From the IMG/VR virus record IMGVR_UViG_3300037455_000173, positions 1-64,000 of that record: a stretch of 64,000 nucleotides of DNA, one strand, 5' to 3'. The translations under genes were made by a program, and so were the position numbers. The notes under the pieces were generated by a model that was not told the origin of the DNA, searched no databases, and was given only the letters and a program-made list of their open reading frames with translations. Position 1 is the stretch's first letter. Each line of letters begins with the position of its first letter. This document shows, piece after piece, positions 29,988 through 39,685 of this stretch. This stretch comes from a virus (lineage: Duplodnaviria; Caudoviricetes).

Positions 29988-30590
29988 TTAGCTAAAGTTT
30001 TTGAAATGCGAATTATATAATAACTCACACAAAGCACTCTTACGTAACATTGCCAGTTGACGGCTGGTATTAGTTAGTCTGAGATTGCTCTGTGGGAGGT
30101 TTCGCCTAGAGGCTGCAAGCTGAACCGGAACAGCGTATTTAAAAGCCGGTTGAGCAACAAAATCAAATCCAAAGAAATCTATTGGACCTGTTGTTTTGCC
30201 AGGTACTGTACCTGTGTCGGTGCATCCGTTAGCTCGGATACTTACACCTGGTTTAATACCGTGCATATAAAGGTCTTTAATGTAACGACCTTCTTCGGTA
30301 GAATCCAGAAGCTCTATCTTACCCTTTAGCTTATTACCATCTCGGTAGCACTCTATAAGGAATCCTGCCTCTGTCTTTCTAAATCCTGGTGTATTATCTG
30401 TTGGATGCTCGATGTATGCAGGGTAGACCCTACGTGCTAGACAATCCTTAAATGTTTCATCATTCAGTAGCCAATCAATAGTGGCACTTGAAAAAGTTAA
30501 TCCGTCCTGATTTGGTATATCTATATCTAGAAAATCACCACCCACGACGAACCTACCTGTGTCTTTGTTACGGGTCATTTCTGTTTCCAT
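29988..30590 (-). CDS. Prohead protease (T4 gp21-like, Ser-His)
   Basis: EHP, GKIELLDSTEEGR, GVSIRANG, FDFVAQPAF. Confidence 0.9.
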   Translation of the reverse strand: METEMTRNKDTGRFVVGGDFLDIDIPNQDGLTFSSATIDWLLNDETFKDCLARRVYPAYIEHPTDNTPGFRKTEAGFLIECYRDGNKLKGKIELLDSTEEGRYIKDLYMHGIKPGVSIRANGCTDTGTVPGKTTGPIDFFGFDFVAQPAFKYAVPVQLAASRRNLPQSNLRLTNTSRQLAMLRKSALCELLYNSHFKNFS

Positions 30591-30677
30591 CTGTATTCAC
30601 CTCGCTTAAATAGACTATGACTACTTGTCTATTCACTCTACATTATATACTCTAATGTCAGGATTGCCTGCTGACAA

Positions 30678-32258
30678 TTAGACAAACGGGTTTTCTTCTG
30701 TCTGAGGTTCTTCTGGAGCCTTAATGTCTATCTTATTCAGCATGCTGTAGATTGCAGGGTCGATGACATCAAGTTGACCTTTAATAGCTTTAACTTTAAC
30801 CTCAGAATCGGTTACTCCGATGTTTTCTAGTAGAGCGATAATATCATTAGCCCTAGCTACTGCATTAGACTGTAATTCAGATTTTAACTCATCTTCAGGA
30901 CCTACAGGTGGCTGCATCTTAACTTCAAATCTATCTTTATATTGAGATAGGTCATTCTTTACAAAGTAGGTATTTAAAGCTTCACGAATACCTTCACTAT
31001 AAGCGTGCTGAAGTCCTATAATCTTACGATAAAGTCTGATATTATTTTGAGTTAGTATAGTAGCACCGCCGGTACCTTCTTCATCGGTAGATTGACCTAG
31101 GTTACCTGGTGATACATCGGTAATTGAAGTAATCTTCTGCTTATACCAATCAAGGTCTACTATATCACGTATATTTACATCGCCGCCGAGTGTTTCTAGA
31201 TTGATTACACCTTTACCATCTCGAGTAACTGTATAAACAATCTTTTCTAGTGGACCGGGGTCTGCGTATGAAGAAGCTGTACCTGTATTAGTATCACCAG
31301 CTAATTTATGCTCCATCTGGCGTTTAAGCTGGTCAAGTAATCTACGCTCTTCTTCTGGCGAACAATCACCTACTTCAAGTTGAAGTATACGGAGTAATGC
31401 GGATTTAGTAACTCTATTAGCTACGATAGCATCTTCAAGGAGTGACAATATCTGTGCAGGTATATATGCATCTACAAATAGTGGGTCTCCCTGATAGATT
31501 GTATACGGTGTGATACCCTCAGCATCCTCTACCTCGATTTCTGTAGGATATAGAGACAGATTGTAGACAATATGGATTACAGAGTCGCTAGACTGTACAG
31601 ACCAAGGTTTATTCTTAATTCTGCACCACTTATCGTAGGTAGTCTCGCTTACGTTATCTTGCAATGAAAAATCTACACAGAACGCTGACGGCTCGTCGTC
31701 GTGTCTAAGTTCATAGATAATAGCTGGACTAATTGCTACGTCAGGTCGTACATCCCAGTGTTCATTGGGATTTCTTTGATTTAAACTTAACACACCTGGA
31801 CTATCGTCCTTTGCTCTAGGAGTAACGAATTCTGTTGTTTTTAGGTATAGATTTGAATAGGTAACTAACTCAATCATATGGCTGTACGCACGCCAATTCA
31901 GTTTCCAAGCTTTCATACGCTCATTAGCAGCTTTAGCTGCTAAGATAGATTTCTCATCGTCATTAATAGGAACAGCCCAGATTACGTCACCATCTGCATT
32001 TGCACCTGTGGCATTAGTTGCATAGATTTCAATTGCAGGACCGATAATTGCGTCTGACTTGAGCTGTGTCATTGCATTATACATAGTTGCTCGGTCTTTC
32101 AACGCAGTTGTAGATTGTTTAATCTGGTCTAAGTCAGTTAAAGCACCTGTTAATACACGATAATCAATATCATATACATCTTTCTTTTGCTTGACCTCAT
32201 TGGCAGGTACTGCGTTATTGGCTACTACCTGCTTCTTTTTTCTATTAAAGAGTCCCAA
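30678..32258 (-). CDS. Portal protein (T4 gp20-like)
   Basis: LLEDAIVANRVTKS…RILQLEVG, ETLGG.VNIRDIVDLDWY. Confidence 0.9.
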   Translation of the reverse strand: MGLFNRKKKQVVANNAVPANEVKQKKDVYDIDYRVLTGALTDLDQIKQSTTALKDRATMYNAMTQLKSDAIIGPAIEIYATNATGANADGDVIWAVPINDDEKSILAAKAANERMKAWKLNWRAYSHMIELVTYSNLYLKTTEFVTPRAKDDSPGVLSLNQRNPNEHWDVRPDVAISPAIIYELRHDDEPSAFCVDFSLQDNVSETTYDKWCRIKNKPWSVQSSDSVIHIVYNLSLYPTEIEVEDAEGITPYTIYQGDPLFVDAYIPAQILSLLEDAIVANRVTKSALLRILQLEVGDCSPEEERRLLDQLKRQMEHKLAGDTNTGTASSYADPGPLEKIVYTVTRDGKGVINLETLGGDVNIRDIVDLDWYKQKITSITDVSPGNLGQSTDEEGTGGATILTQNNIRLYRKIIGLQHAYSEGIREALNTYFVKNDLSQYKDRFEVKMQPPVGPEDELKSELQSNAVARANDIIALLENIGVTDSEVKVKAIKGQLDVIDPAIYSMLNKIDIKAPEEPQTEENPFV

Positions 32259-32352
32259 TATCGCCTACCTCCTTATTGTATAAATAACAATACCACAAAA
32301 CTGCGTACACTGTGCGTTGGTTTCGTGGTGGTGCATAACTACATAATAGTAA

Positions 32353-32393
32353 TTATACATACACAAAAGTAAACAAGCATGCTGTAGCGTGCT
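32353..32393 (-). promoter_or_regulatory. Class II motif AGCACGCTA-N24-ATGTATAAT, copy 3; candidate late promoter for portal-protease-capsid
   Basis: Exact motif about 95 bp upstream of the portal ATG, on the same strand. Confidence 0.7.
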
Positions 32394-32479
32394 ATTTAGT
32401 TCGTATATCTTATAGTACACCGTTAAATCAAGATAAAGAAGCACATCAGAATACTGAAATCCTAATGTGCTTTTATACT

Positions 32480-35400
32480 TTATCTACCTGATTGTGTTAT
32501 TCTTTCAAGGAATTCCCAATCGTCAGGTCCACGCTCGAAAGAATTTTTATCATATGGTTGTAGGCCACCGAATAGCTTGTTGGTTAGTGATGCAGGCATT
32601 CGACTTTCTGGTTCATGCGAATACATTCTGAAATCATGGAGTACAGGTGCATAAGGCAGTAAGCTTAAATCCCATACAGCACCAGCTAGGCTATCGGAAA
32701 TATCCTTACTATTGTGAACAAATACGCCACAAGCTAATGCGAAGTTGGGATTATCTTCTATTGTAAGGTCATATACACGACTAGGTTTATCGATAAATTC
32801 TACAGAAACCACCTTATGGTTTCGATTAAAGGTTCTACCTCTTCTGTAACCCTCAGGAGGTTGCTCATAAGCCTTGATGTACAGGTTTTCTACACCATTT
32901 GTCCACCAAACTCTTCCTGAAATCGCTTCGTGTGCTTTCTGGAACTTACCTTCCTTATGCCTTTCTGATAACGATTTAGAAGTACGCTGCAAGATAGTAG
33001 GGTCTTTACGTCTTGCAAGTTTATTACCCAACGCATTTTTCTCGTCTAATGTAAGAGTATTCCAATCTATATTAAACTCTTTTTCAATCTCCTTGATGTG
33101 TTCTTGTTTACGAACTACTTCAGGCTTATAATTGTCAGTCTTGGTTGCATAATAATTATACAATGACTGTCTCGTCTTCTCAGAACGCGCTTCATAAGCA
33201 GCGGTACCTCGATTATCTTCATGCCACTGTCTGATAGTGGCTGATAATTTTTTATAGTCTTTAGTATTTAGATTATGGATTCTGGTATGCTCACTCTGGG
33301 TAACTAATTGTAGATTAGTTGGTGTATTATCATGTTTCTTAAAGTTTTTATGATGTACTACCTTACCACAACCCGGTTCCCAACCAGGACAGAACGTGTG
33401 ATATTCCAATTCCCATGTTTCGTAAGCGGGTTGGTATAGACTGTGATATTCGGTATCTTTAAATTCATGATATAATGGCATTAATGAACTACCGGTAGAT
33501 AAAGTCTGAGCTTCTACATAAGTACCGTCTCTTAGCATAAATAGATGTTCAGGAGTGCAGGTAATACTTTCACCGTTATCTAGTGTAATTCTAACTAGGT
33601 GTTTAGTTATCTTGGTCTGATGTGCTTTCAGAATGCGTTTCGGTTCAATGCGAAGAGTATCCTCATTTACAGTATATACCCAGTTAGTTCTATACTCCTG
33701 TTCACGAACTAATTCTTCCATGGTAAGTACTCGACCGTCTGTAAGTTGTACTCTAGTGTCGCCAGTGAAACAACCATTAGCTGGGTGGTCCAGCTTACCT
33801 GTATGCGTATCATGCTGAAGATATATTAATTCATTTTCTAATCTAGCGTAATGAATTAGACTTATACGTTGCTCCATCATTGCATCACGTAGAGTTTTGT
33901 AGCCTTCTGGTGTACGGTCAAGTGAACGAATAGCAGTGGTAAATCCCTTATCACGCAATATCTGATGTGATTCAGCTGTCTGGAACGTATCAGTACTGAT
34001 TATAGCAATGTGAAATCCCATACTCCTAAGCCAGTAGATAAAACGTCTGTTCTTAGCTAAGCTTATCTCAGTACCAGGTGGTGCTTTGATACCTACCGAG
34101 AATACCTGCGCATATACACGTTTTTCAATAGTACCGTCGTCTGTATCAGCTAAGACGTTATCTACATAGCACGCACCAGATATACCTGTAATATCGTTCT
34201 TTAACGAAGTATCCAGGTGAATAGCCATTGGTCGTGAGAAATACTCTTTAGGTACCTTTTCTAGGTCAAAAAATTCTTGGTATTCCATATGGTCATTGCA
34301 ACCTATTTCAAGTACCTCAGCTGAGAAGGGATTTGGTCGTTCTGTATAACAAGAGCTAATAATTTTATAGCTAAAGTAACTGGTTGTACCTGGTAATGCT
34401 TTACCAGCAAGGTCCTGTAGAGCAGTTATGATATTAAATCGGAAATCTGACTCCATTTCGACGGGAACATCAAGTATCTCATAACCGAGTACCTTCAGAG
34501 CTTCAATATCCTCGCCTTCCTCAACAACTCTAGGAGTTAGCTGTTTTGCGCCGTAAGCTACTTTGAACATTTTACCAGAATATGTATCTGATGGTTTTAC
34601 AACCCACAACGGTTCATCTACGATAAACAGTTTATCCGCGTCTTTTTCTTTTCTACGTTTATCTAGATACACCTCAAGAAAGTCATCTTCTGCCTTCTTA
34701 GACGAAACCAAGAACATCTTACCGAGGAGTTTTCCATTTCGAATAAAACGTGATTTAATTCTGGCTTTAACTGAAGAATAAGTCTGCATAATCTTAGACT
34801 TTTCCATAGTTGTATTAGAACCAGGTGCGAAGTTAACCTCATCGAGGAATCCACAGAATATTTGCTGACCTAAACCGTGACTTGCTTTAGAACCGGCTTT
34901 AATAGCAATATGCTTACTAGGTACATAATAAGGATTAGACGCTGAACCCGCAACTGTTCCATGAGCCAGGAACCAAGGCGATTCCATCAGACACGCATGA
35001 AGTCTACCGTATCCAACACTTTGAGCAAGTGCAACAGTAGCATTGAAGAAAAATATCGCAATTTCATCTGTGTCTGCAAATCCAAAATATCGCTGAGGAA
35101 ACCGTAGACAGAGTAGACGATAGGTCAGATATGCGATTGCGTAAACCGCGATGGCAGTCTTGCCAATTCCAATTGCACCTGTAAAAGCAATTTCTTCATA
35201 TTCTGTATCACCGCCTGCAAATATCTTTCTTAATTGTTCTCTCCAAAATGGGTATATCTGATTTCCTAGATTAGTGGCTTTACCTAGATATTCAGGGTCT
35301 TCTAGGAAAGTATCGATATCTACAGGTATTTCCTCATAATCCTCTAACCATACTTTTTCATAGGTTTCGCTTTCACCTGTTTCGGACAATTCTTGAAGAA

Positions 35401-35494
35401 TTTGTCTCATTACTTCCTGTTCTCTATCCGTCAATGAATTATAGATACTTTGGAATCGTTCAGGTGACAGCATAACCAGATTGGCAGCGGTCAT
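32480..35494 (-). CDS. terL: Terminase large subunit, interrupted by an intein
   Basis: Walker A GAIGIGKT, Walker B FLDE, HLDTS, STDTFQ, LDHP-[intein]-SKDISDSLAG. Confidence 0.92.
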   Translation of the reverse strand: MTAANLVMLSPERFQSIYNSLTDREQEVMRQILQELSETGESETYEKVWLEDYEEIPVDIDTFLEDPEYLGKATNLGNQIYPFWREQLRKIFAGGDTEYEEIAFTGAIGIGKTAIAVYAIAYLTYRLLCLRFPQRYFGFADTDEIAIFFFNATVALAQSVGYGRLHACLMESPWFLAHGTVAGSASNPYYVPSKHIAIKAGSKASHGLGQQIFCGFLDEVNFAPGSNTTMEKSKIMQTYSSVKARIKSRFIRNGKLLGKMFLVSSKKAEDDFLEVYLDKRRKEKDADKLFIVDEPLWVVKPSDTYSGKMFKVAYGAKQLTPRVVEEGEDIEALKVLGYEILDVPVEMESDFRFNIITALQDLAGKALPGTTSYFSYKIISSCYTERPNPFSAEVLEIGCNDHMEYQEFFDLEKVPKEYFSRPMAIHLDTSLKNDITGISGACYVDNVLADTDDGTIEKRVYAQVFSVGIKAPPGTEISLAKNRRFIYWLRSMGFHIAIISTDTFQTAESHQILRDKGFTTAIRSLDRTPEGYKTLRDAMMEQRISLIHYARLENELIYLQHDTHTGKLDHPANGCFTGDTRVQLTDGRVLTMEELVREQEYRTNWVYTVNEDTLRIEPKRILKAHQTKITKHLVRITLDNGESITCTPEHLFMLRDGTYVEAQTLSTGSSLMPLYHEFKDTEYHSLYQPAYETWELEYHTFCPGWEPGCGKVVHHKNFKKHDNTPTNLQLVTQSEHTRIHNLNTKDYKKLSATIRQWHEDNRGTAAYEARSEKTRQSLYNYYATKTDNYKPEVVRKQEHIKEIEKEFNIDWNTLTLDEKNALGNKLARRKDPTILQRTSKSLSERHKEGKFQKAHEAISGRVWWTNGVENLYIKAYEQPPEGYRRGRTFNRNHKVVSVEFIDKPSRVYDLTIEDNPNFALACGVFVHNSKDISDSLAGAVWDLSLLPYAPVLHDFRMYSHEPESRMPASLTNKLFGGLQPYDKNSFERGPDDWEFLERITQSGR
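32711..33772 (-). mobile_element. Intein (354 aa) with an HNH-type homing endonuclease
   Basis: Starts CFTGDT; block B CTPEHLF; VVHHKNFKKHDNTPTNL; ends VYDLTI…VHN, followed by Ser. Confidence 0.92.
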
Positions 35495-35500
35495 CTATGC

Positions 35501-35695
35501 TCACCCTTTCTTTTTCTTTGCTAACTGCATCGTTTCTCTATCTAACCTCACTTCAGGCATCTTAACACCTCTCGTGATAGTAATGAATAAGGAGGACTCA
35601 TCATCTGGGTCCTCCTTTACATCTACAGTAAGCACATCCTGATAAAGAGAACGAGCAGCTTTTTCAGCCTCCCTACGCTCTTTCTTTGAAATCAT
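35501..35695 (-). CDS. Hypothetical protein
   Basis: Coupled ORF upstream of terL. Confidence 0.65.
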   Translation of the reverse strand: MISKKERREAEKAARSLYQDVLTVDVKEDPDDESSLFITITRGVKMPEVRLDRETMQLAKKKKG

Positions 35696-36012
35696 TTTGT
35701 TTCTACCTCAGGATTCAGGTAAGCATTAATATCAGCACCTATTGCATACAGGTCAGCTACCCAATCAAGTAACTGCTTTGTATTGTCCTGAGATTCACCG
35801 GAAGTTTCACTTACAGGTGTCTCTAGTCTAGCCTCAACCGATGCAGCAAGCTGCTGTGCTTGGTCAGTTAGATTTTGAGAAATAGTCAGAAGTAGTTCAC
35901 GGTCTACACCGATAGAACTATTCAGCTTAGTATTGGTTGTTTTCTGGGTTTTCGGATTGTAACGTACCATTATTAACGACCTCCTGTTCGATTTTAGGTT
36001 GACTCTGCTCAA
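35692..36012 (-). CDS. Hypothetical protein with an LNSS motif (likely start MVRYNP)
   Basis: AGGAGG before the internal ATG. Confidence 0.65.
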   Translation of the reverse strand: MSRVNLKSNRRSLIMVRYNPKTQKTTNTKLNSSIGVDRELLLTISQNLTDQAQQLAASVEARLETPVSETSGESQDNTKQLLDWVADLYAIGADINAYLNPEVETK

Positions 36013-36253
36013 CAGTGTCTTCCTTTATGTTTTCGATGTATTGATGCATGAAATTTTCCAGAGGTTCACATAATTTCTTATTACCTCTGAATGCATGATA
36101 CAAGTCTTCTAACTTATATATTATATTCTCGCCTGCAGCTAACGCTTTAAGACACTGACCAATCTGTATAGCTTGTGTCTGTGTAATTAACGACTGGTTA
36201 CAGGAGAAAATTCGGTACAGTTCATTGTACCAATCCTTTTGTGCGTAATTCAT
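35927..36253 (-). CDS. Hypothetical protein
   Basis: GGAGG RBS. Confidence 0.65.
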   Translation of the reverse strand: MNYAQKDWYNELYRIFSCNQSLITQTQAIQIGQCLKALAAGENIIYKLEDLYHAFRGNKKLCEPLENFMHQYIENIKEDTVEQSQPKIEQEVVNNGTLQSENPENNQY

Positions 36254-36548
36254 CTAACCACCTCCGTCTTAATACTTCTGGAGTCATTCCATCTGTGATT
36301 TCTTGTATAGCAAAATGATTAGACCACAGGACTTTTCGTGGATATGCTTTACAACAACCCCAGTAGCTCATTAGCTGTTTCAAAGCAGTATATGACATAT
36401 GTCTATAATATACCTTATCCTTATACACCCACTCTTCTTCAGGTGAATCTACGGTTACAATCAACTTATCGACGTAATCGAAATATTCATCTAGAACGTT
36501 GGTCGGCAATTGTCCTATCCAGTTTATCGTGGATATTCCTATAATCAT
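36222..36548 (-). CDS. Hypothetical protein
   Basis: AAGGAGG RBS. Confidence 0.65.
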   Translation of the reverse strand: MIIGISTINWIGQLPTNVLDEYFDYVDKLIVTVDSPEEEWVYKDKVYYRHMSYTALKQLMSYWGCCKAYPRKVLWSNHFAIQEITDGMTPEVLRRRWLDELRTKGLVQ

Positions 36549-36675
36549 CTTTAGACCCTCCTTCAGGACGTGTGCTCAGATATTTAGTACATTCGGTGAT
36601 GTAATCTTCTGAAGCATCTACTCTAGTCCTACTCAGTTGTAGGAGGGTTCTCAGAAGCGCATAGTCTGTCGACAA
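36487..36675 (-). CDS. Hypothetical protein (TTG start)
   Basis: AAGGAGGT RBS 8 nt before TTG; overlaps both neighbours. Confidence 0.45.
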   Translation of the reverse strand: MSTDYALLRTLLQLSRTRVDASEDYITECTKYLSTRPEGGSKDDYRNIHDKLDRTIADQRSR

Positions 36676-36985
36676 TTCTGTCTACCTCCTTTAATTGTAA
36701 AGAACCGAGTACCGATTTGGTAGCGTCAGCCCTTGACATTGTTCTCATCTTGATAACAATTTCTTTTGCTGCGAACACAGCAAGTAACTCAAATAACGAC
36801 GGGAATTTTACTGGTTGATTTGGGAATACAGCACAAAGATGTGTGAATCCTTGTACACCAACACAAGCAATTACCGGTGCCCAAGCAGACACATCAAGTT
36901 TATATTCTTCTGGTAGCGAACCTAATATTTCTATCAGGTCGTCTGCGCTCCAGTCTTCTGTGAATCTGTCGAGGTATTGGTACAT
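36629..36985 (-). CDS. Hypothetical helical protein
   Basis: AAGGAG RBS. Confidence 0.65.
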   Translation of the reverse strand: MYQYLDRFTEDWSADDLIEILGSLPEEYKLDVSAWAPVIACVGVQGFTHLCAVFPNQPVKFPSLFELLAVFAAKEIVIKMRTMSRADATKSVLGSLQLKEVDRIVDRLCASENPPTTE

Positions 36986-37506
36986 AGCTTTGCGAACTCC
37001 TTTGCAGCATCACGAATATGCTGACGCTCTTTAGACGATAGGTCAGTCTGCTGAGAGTCTTCAATCGTGTCAAATATAATAGCATCCTGAACATCGGTTG
37101 GTACATCGATGTTCTTGGTTGCTTGTTGAAGTGAAATAAGCAACTGAGTATACATCGGTATATACTGAGCGTCATGGTCAACATCTGATTGCATAAGAGC
37201 ATCTATTGCGTATTCTAGCTTATTGGTAAGTTTATCGGTAATCCTATTATAACGGAGCAGACGTAATTCCTTGTTTCGTTCTTTAAGCTGTTGGATTAGC
37301 TTCAACCTTGTACCAGGTTGAATAGCTCTTATAGCTTCTGTATCACTTATTAACAGATGGTATATGAGTTGATTGTTTCTTTCCACCCAAGCTTGTAGAC
37401 CTTGATACGATTCATCTGATTTGGGCAATTCAATCGGTTGACCAGTTCCATAGTTAAAGACGTCAGTATAATTCTTTACGGTTGCTTCATATTTAGGATT
37501 ATTCAT
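36934..37506 (-). CDS. Hypothetical helical protein, candidate terminase small subunit
   Basis: Size and position upstream of terL only. Confidence 0.4.
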   Translation of the reverse strand: MNNPKYEATVKNYTDVFNYGTGQPIELPKSDESYQGLQAWVERNNQLIYHLLISDTEAIRAIQPGTRLKLIQQLKERNKELRLLRYNRITDKLTNKLEYAIDALMQSDVDHDAQYIPMYTQLLISLQQATKNIDVPTDVQDAIIFDTIEDSQQTDLSSKERQHIRDAAKEFAKLCTNTSTDSQKTGAQTT

Positions 37507-37981
37507 CTACATCACCTGTATTACCATTATCGGTAGATGGTTCTGTATAAGAACCAGTTTCAATGTCGAAACCTACTCTTTTTCCTGATATTTCAGGATT
37601 AGTAAATTCTACATGACCTAGGCTATGAAGGATATCTTCAAGACGTTGAGCCGTCTCCTTAGATACCTTGTCTTCGAATTCGAAAACAACGGACTGGTCT
37701 TGATTTATGAATACTCGAGTCATCTTGGGTATATCACCGTGGATTCGCACATTATAGTATAAAGTGCGAAGCATAGTAGCATCAAAATAAGACGGATATA
37801 ATGCCTGGTGTACAGGAATAGACTCATGGAAATTAAAGTTAAGGCTAGAGTTTAATTTCGGAGCCTTACAATCAAGTCTTTTTATCTCATTCTGAGCTTT
37901 CTGACTAAAGAGCTTCATAAATTCGTTAGGGTTTACTCGATTCTGCCTTGCACAATCAAATCTGAGAATAGTACCGAACAT
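37499..37981 (-). CDS. Hypothetical protein with LDC/LNSS motifs
   Basis: ORF with RBS. Confidence 0.65.
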   Translation of the reverse strand: MFGTILRFDCARQNRVNPNEFMKLFSQKAQNEIKRLDCKAPKLNSSLNFNFHESIPVHQALYPSYFDATMLRTLYYNVRIHGDIPKMTRVFINQDQSVVFEFEDKVSKETAQRLEDILHSLGHVEFTNPEISGKRVGFDIETGSYTEPSTDNGNTGDVDE

Positions 37982-37984
37982 ATA

Positions 37985-38635
37985 TTAGTCCTCCTTTCGG
38001 TTAGTCTGAGCATCTAAGATACTCCGTATATTCATTGGTACAATTAACCAAGAAAAATCCAATGCAGTATTCTTAGCTAAATCTACTTCCATTATGTCAC
38101 CACCGAAATTCTTAATCGGAGGTGGATATTGCCTTAGTAATTCAGGCGTTTTATTCTCATCGAATAACACGACTACATGAGTATGTCTTTCCATACAGCC
38201 ACGAATTCGACAATTACCAGTCAATACAGTAGAATTAGACTGAACTTTGTGTTTCTTTATACACCACCGCACAGTAGTATAGCCTAATGCTAAAGCAGCT
38301 TCAAGGTACTTATAGGTTTCATCATTGATAATAGGATTAAGCTTAAATCTGATATCAAAACCCCATTGTCTTAATCCCTTTAGAATCTCTTCTGTAGTTA
38401 GAAACGCATCATCGTCGTAATCAACGATAGTTCCAGAAGCAGCTGTAAATGCAGCAAAGACTACACCGAAAGCGGGGTGTACTACTTGTATTCTACCGCC
38501 TTCTAGCACATGAGAATTAACGAATTGGGTATAGACAATTTTCAATGACTTATCTATATTACTAACGCAATTGGTAGCTTGTCTCCAACTGTCTATAGCA
38601 TAATATTTAGGTCTGAATTCGTCCATTCTTATCAC
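37985..38635 (-). CDS. Hypothetical protein
   Basis: Long ORF in the operon. Confidence 0.7.
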   Translation of the reverse strand: MIRMDEFRPKYYAIDSWRQATNCVSNIDKSLKIVYTQFVNSHVLEGGRIQVVHPAFGVVFAAFTAASGTIVDYDDDAFLTTEEILKGLRQWGFDIRFKLNPIINDETYKYLEAALALGYTTVRWCIKKHKVQSNSTVLTGNCRIRGCMERHTHVVVLFDENKTPELLRQYPPPIKNFGGDIMEVDLAKNTALDFSWLIVPMNIRSILDAQTNRKED

Positions 38636-38901
38636 CCCTTAGGTGCATATGAGCCGTCAGCTTGTAGACAATGGAAACCACCCGTGGTTTGAATTGGGAC
38701 TCCCATCCAGGTACCTTCCTTATCGTCCCAGAATACTAAGATAGTGCCAGCATTCGATAATACAGTAAAGGCAGTACCTAGCTTACGAAACTTCTTATAA
38801 TCAGGGCACGTCTTTAATATATTCTCTACCTCAACTTCTGACTTACCAGCAAGGTCTTTTGTATTTATCGTGTTATCAGAATTAAGCTGAACATTTATCA
38901 T
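38632..38901 (-). CDS. Hypothetical protein
   Basis: Coupled ORF. Confidence 0.65.
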   Translation of the reverse strand: MINVQLNSDNTINTKDLAGKSEVEVENILKTCPDYKKFRKLGTAFTVLSNAGTILVFWDDKEGTWMGVPIQTTGGFHCLQADGSYAPKG

Positions 38902-39317
38902 GGATTATTCTCCTCCTCTGGTAATATAGTAGGTAATGAAAACTCGGTCTTAGGAGTTACGAATGTCAGGGAATTAAAGTCCTTTAAGAGTAAACTTCTA
39001 ATTCTACCTGCTGGTATTGACTCAAGATACCAACCGTTGATTGCGGGATTATCGTCTACAGAATACCAACCCTTACAAACTCTCCAGCGCTGAATTGACT
39101 GATTATCTAGATATATTTCATCACCTACAGTAAGTGACTGGTCTAAATCAGGTACATACAGAAAATCACGGTCGGTTATTAAAGTTACGGTATTGCCTGG
39201 GTAGGTATTACCTTCACTATCATTAACCTGAGTGACTACGGTATTATCAATTACGATTGCGCTCATGTCTATCTGGGTTTTGGTATCATCAACGATACCA
39301 TATAGAACATTCTTCAT
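38898..39317 (-). CDS. Hypothetical protein
   Basis: AGGAGG RBS. Confidence 0.7.
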   Translation of the reverse strand: MKNVLYGIVDDTKTQIDMSAIVIDNTVVTQVNDSEGNTYPGNTVTLITDRDFLYVPDLDQSLTVGDEIYLDNQSIQRWRVCKGWYSVDDNPAINGWYLESIPAGRIRSLLLKDFNSLTFVTPKTEFSLPTILPEEENNP

Positions 39318-39337
39318 AGTATCCTCCTTTCAAAATA

Positions 39338-39589
39338 TTAACCTAAATCAGGCTGTCTGAAAGGACTAGGTAATGTACCAGAATTTAGTGATATCTGATT
39401 TTGAATTAAGCCAGGCGGTACACCACAGCCTGTAGCAATTTTATTCCTAATCTCATTCTGGTCTTTGAGATATTGATAAGCTTTAAGCTCATTGACAGCA
39501 TGCTCTAGGTCTTCTCTAGATACAATAGCAAACTCATCTTGACTTGCCTTAGCTTCTAAAGAAGCGATTAGCTGATTAAGACTTTTCAT
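39338..39589 (-). CDS. Hypothetical protein
   Basis: First gene after a class I promoter. Confidence 0.65.
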   Translation of the reverse strand: MKSLNQLIASLEAKASQDEFAIVSREDLEHAVNELKAYQYLKDQNEIRNKIATGCGVPPGLIQNQISLNSGTLPSPFRQPDLG

Positions 39590-39622
39590 CTGTACACACC
39601 TTTCTATGCTTTCTATAATTAG

Positions 39623-39655
39623 ATTATACAGAAATATGCATATGACATCGAAGTT
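39623..39655 (-). promoter_or_regulatory. Class I promoter AACTTCG-N20-TATAAT
   Basis: Motif match. Confidence 0.75.
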
Positions 39656-39685
39656 TTACTATTTATTCTAGTATATTGACTTATA

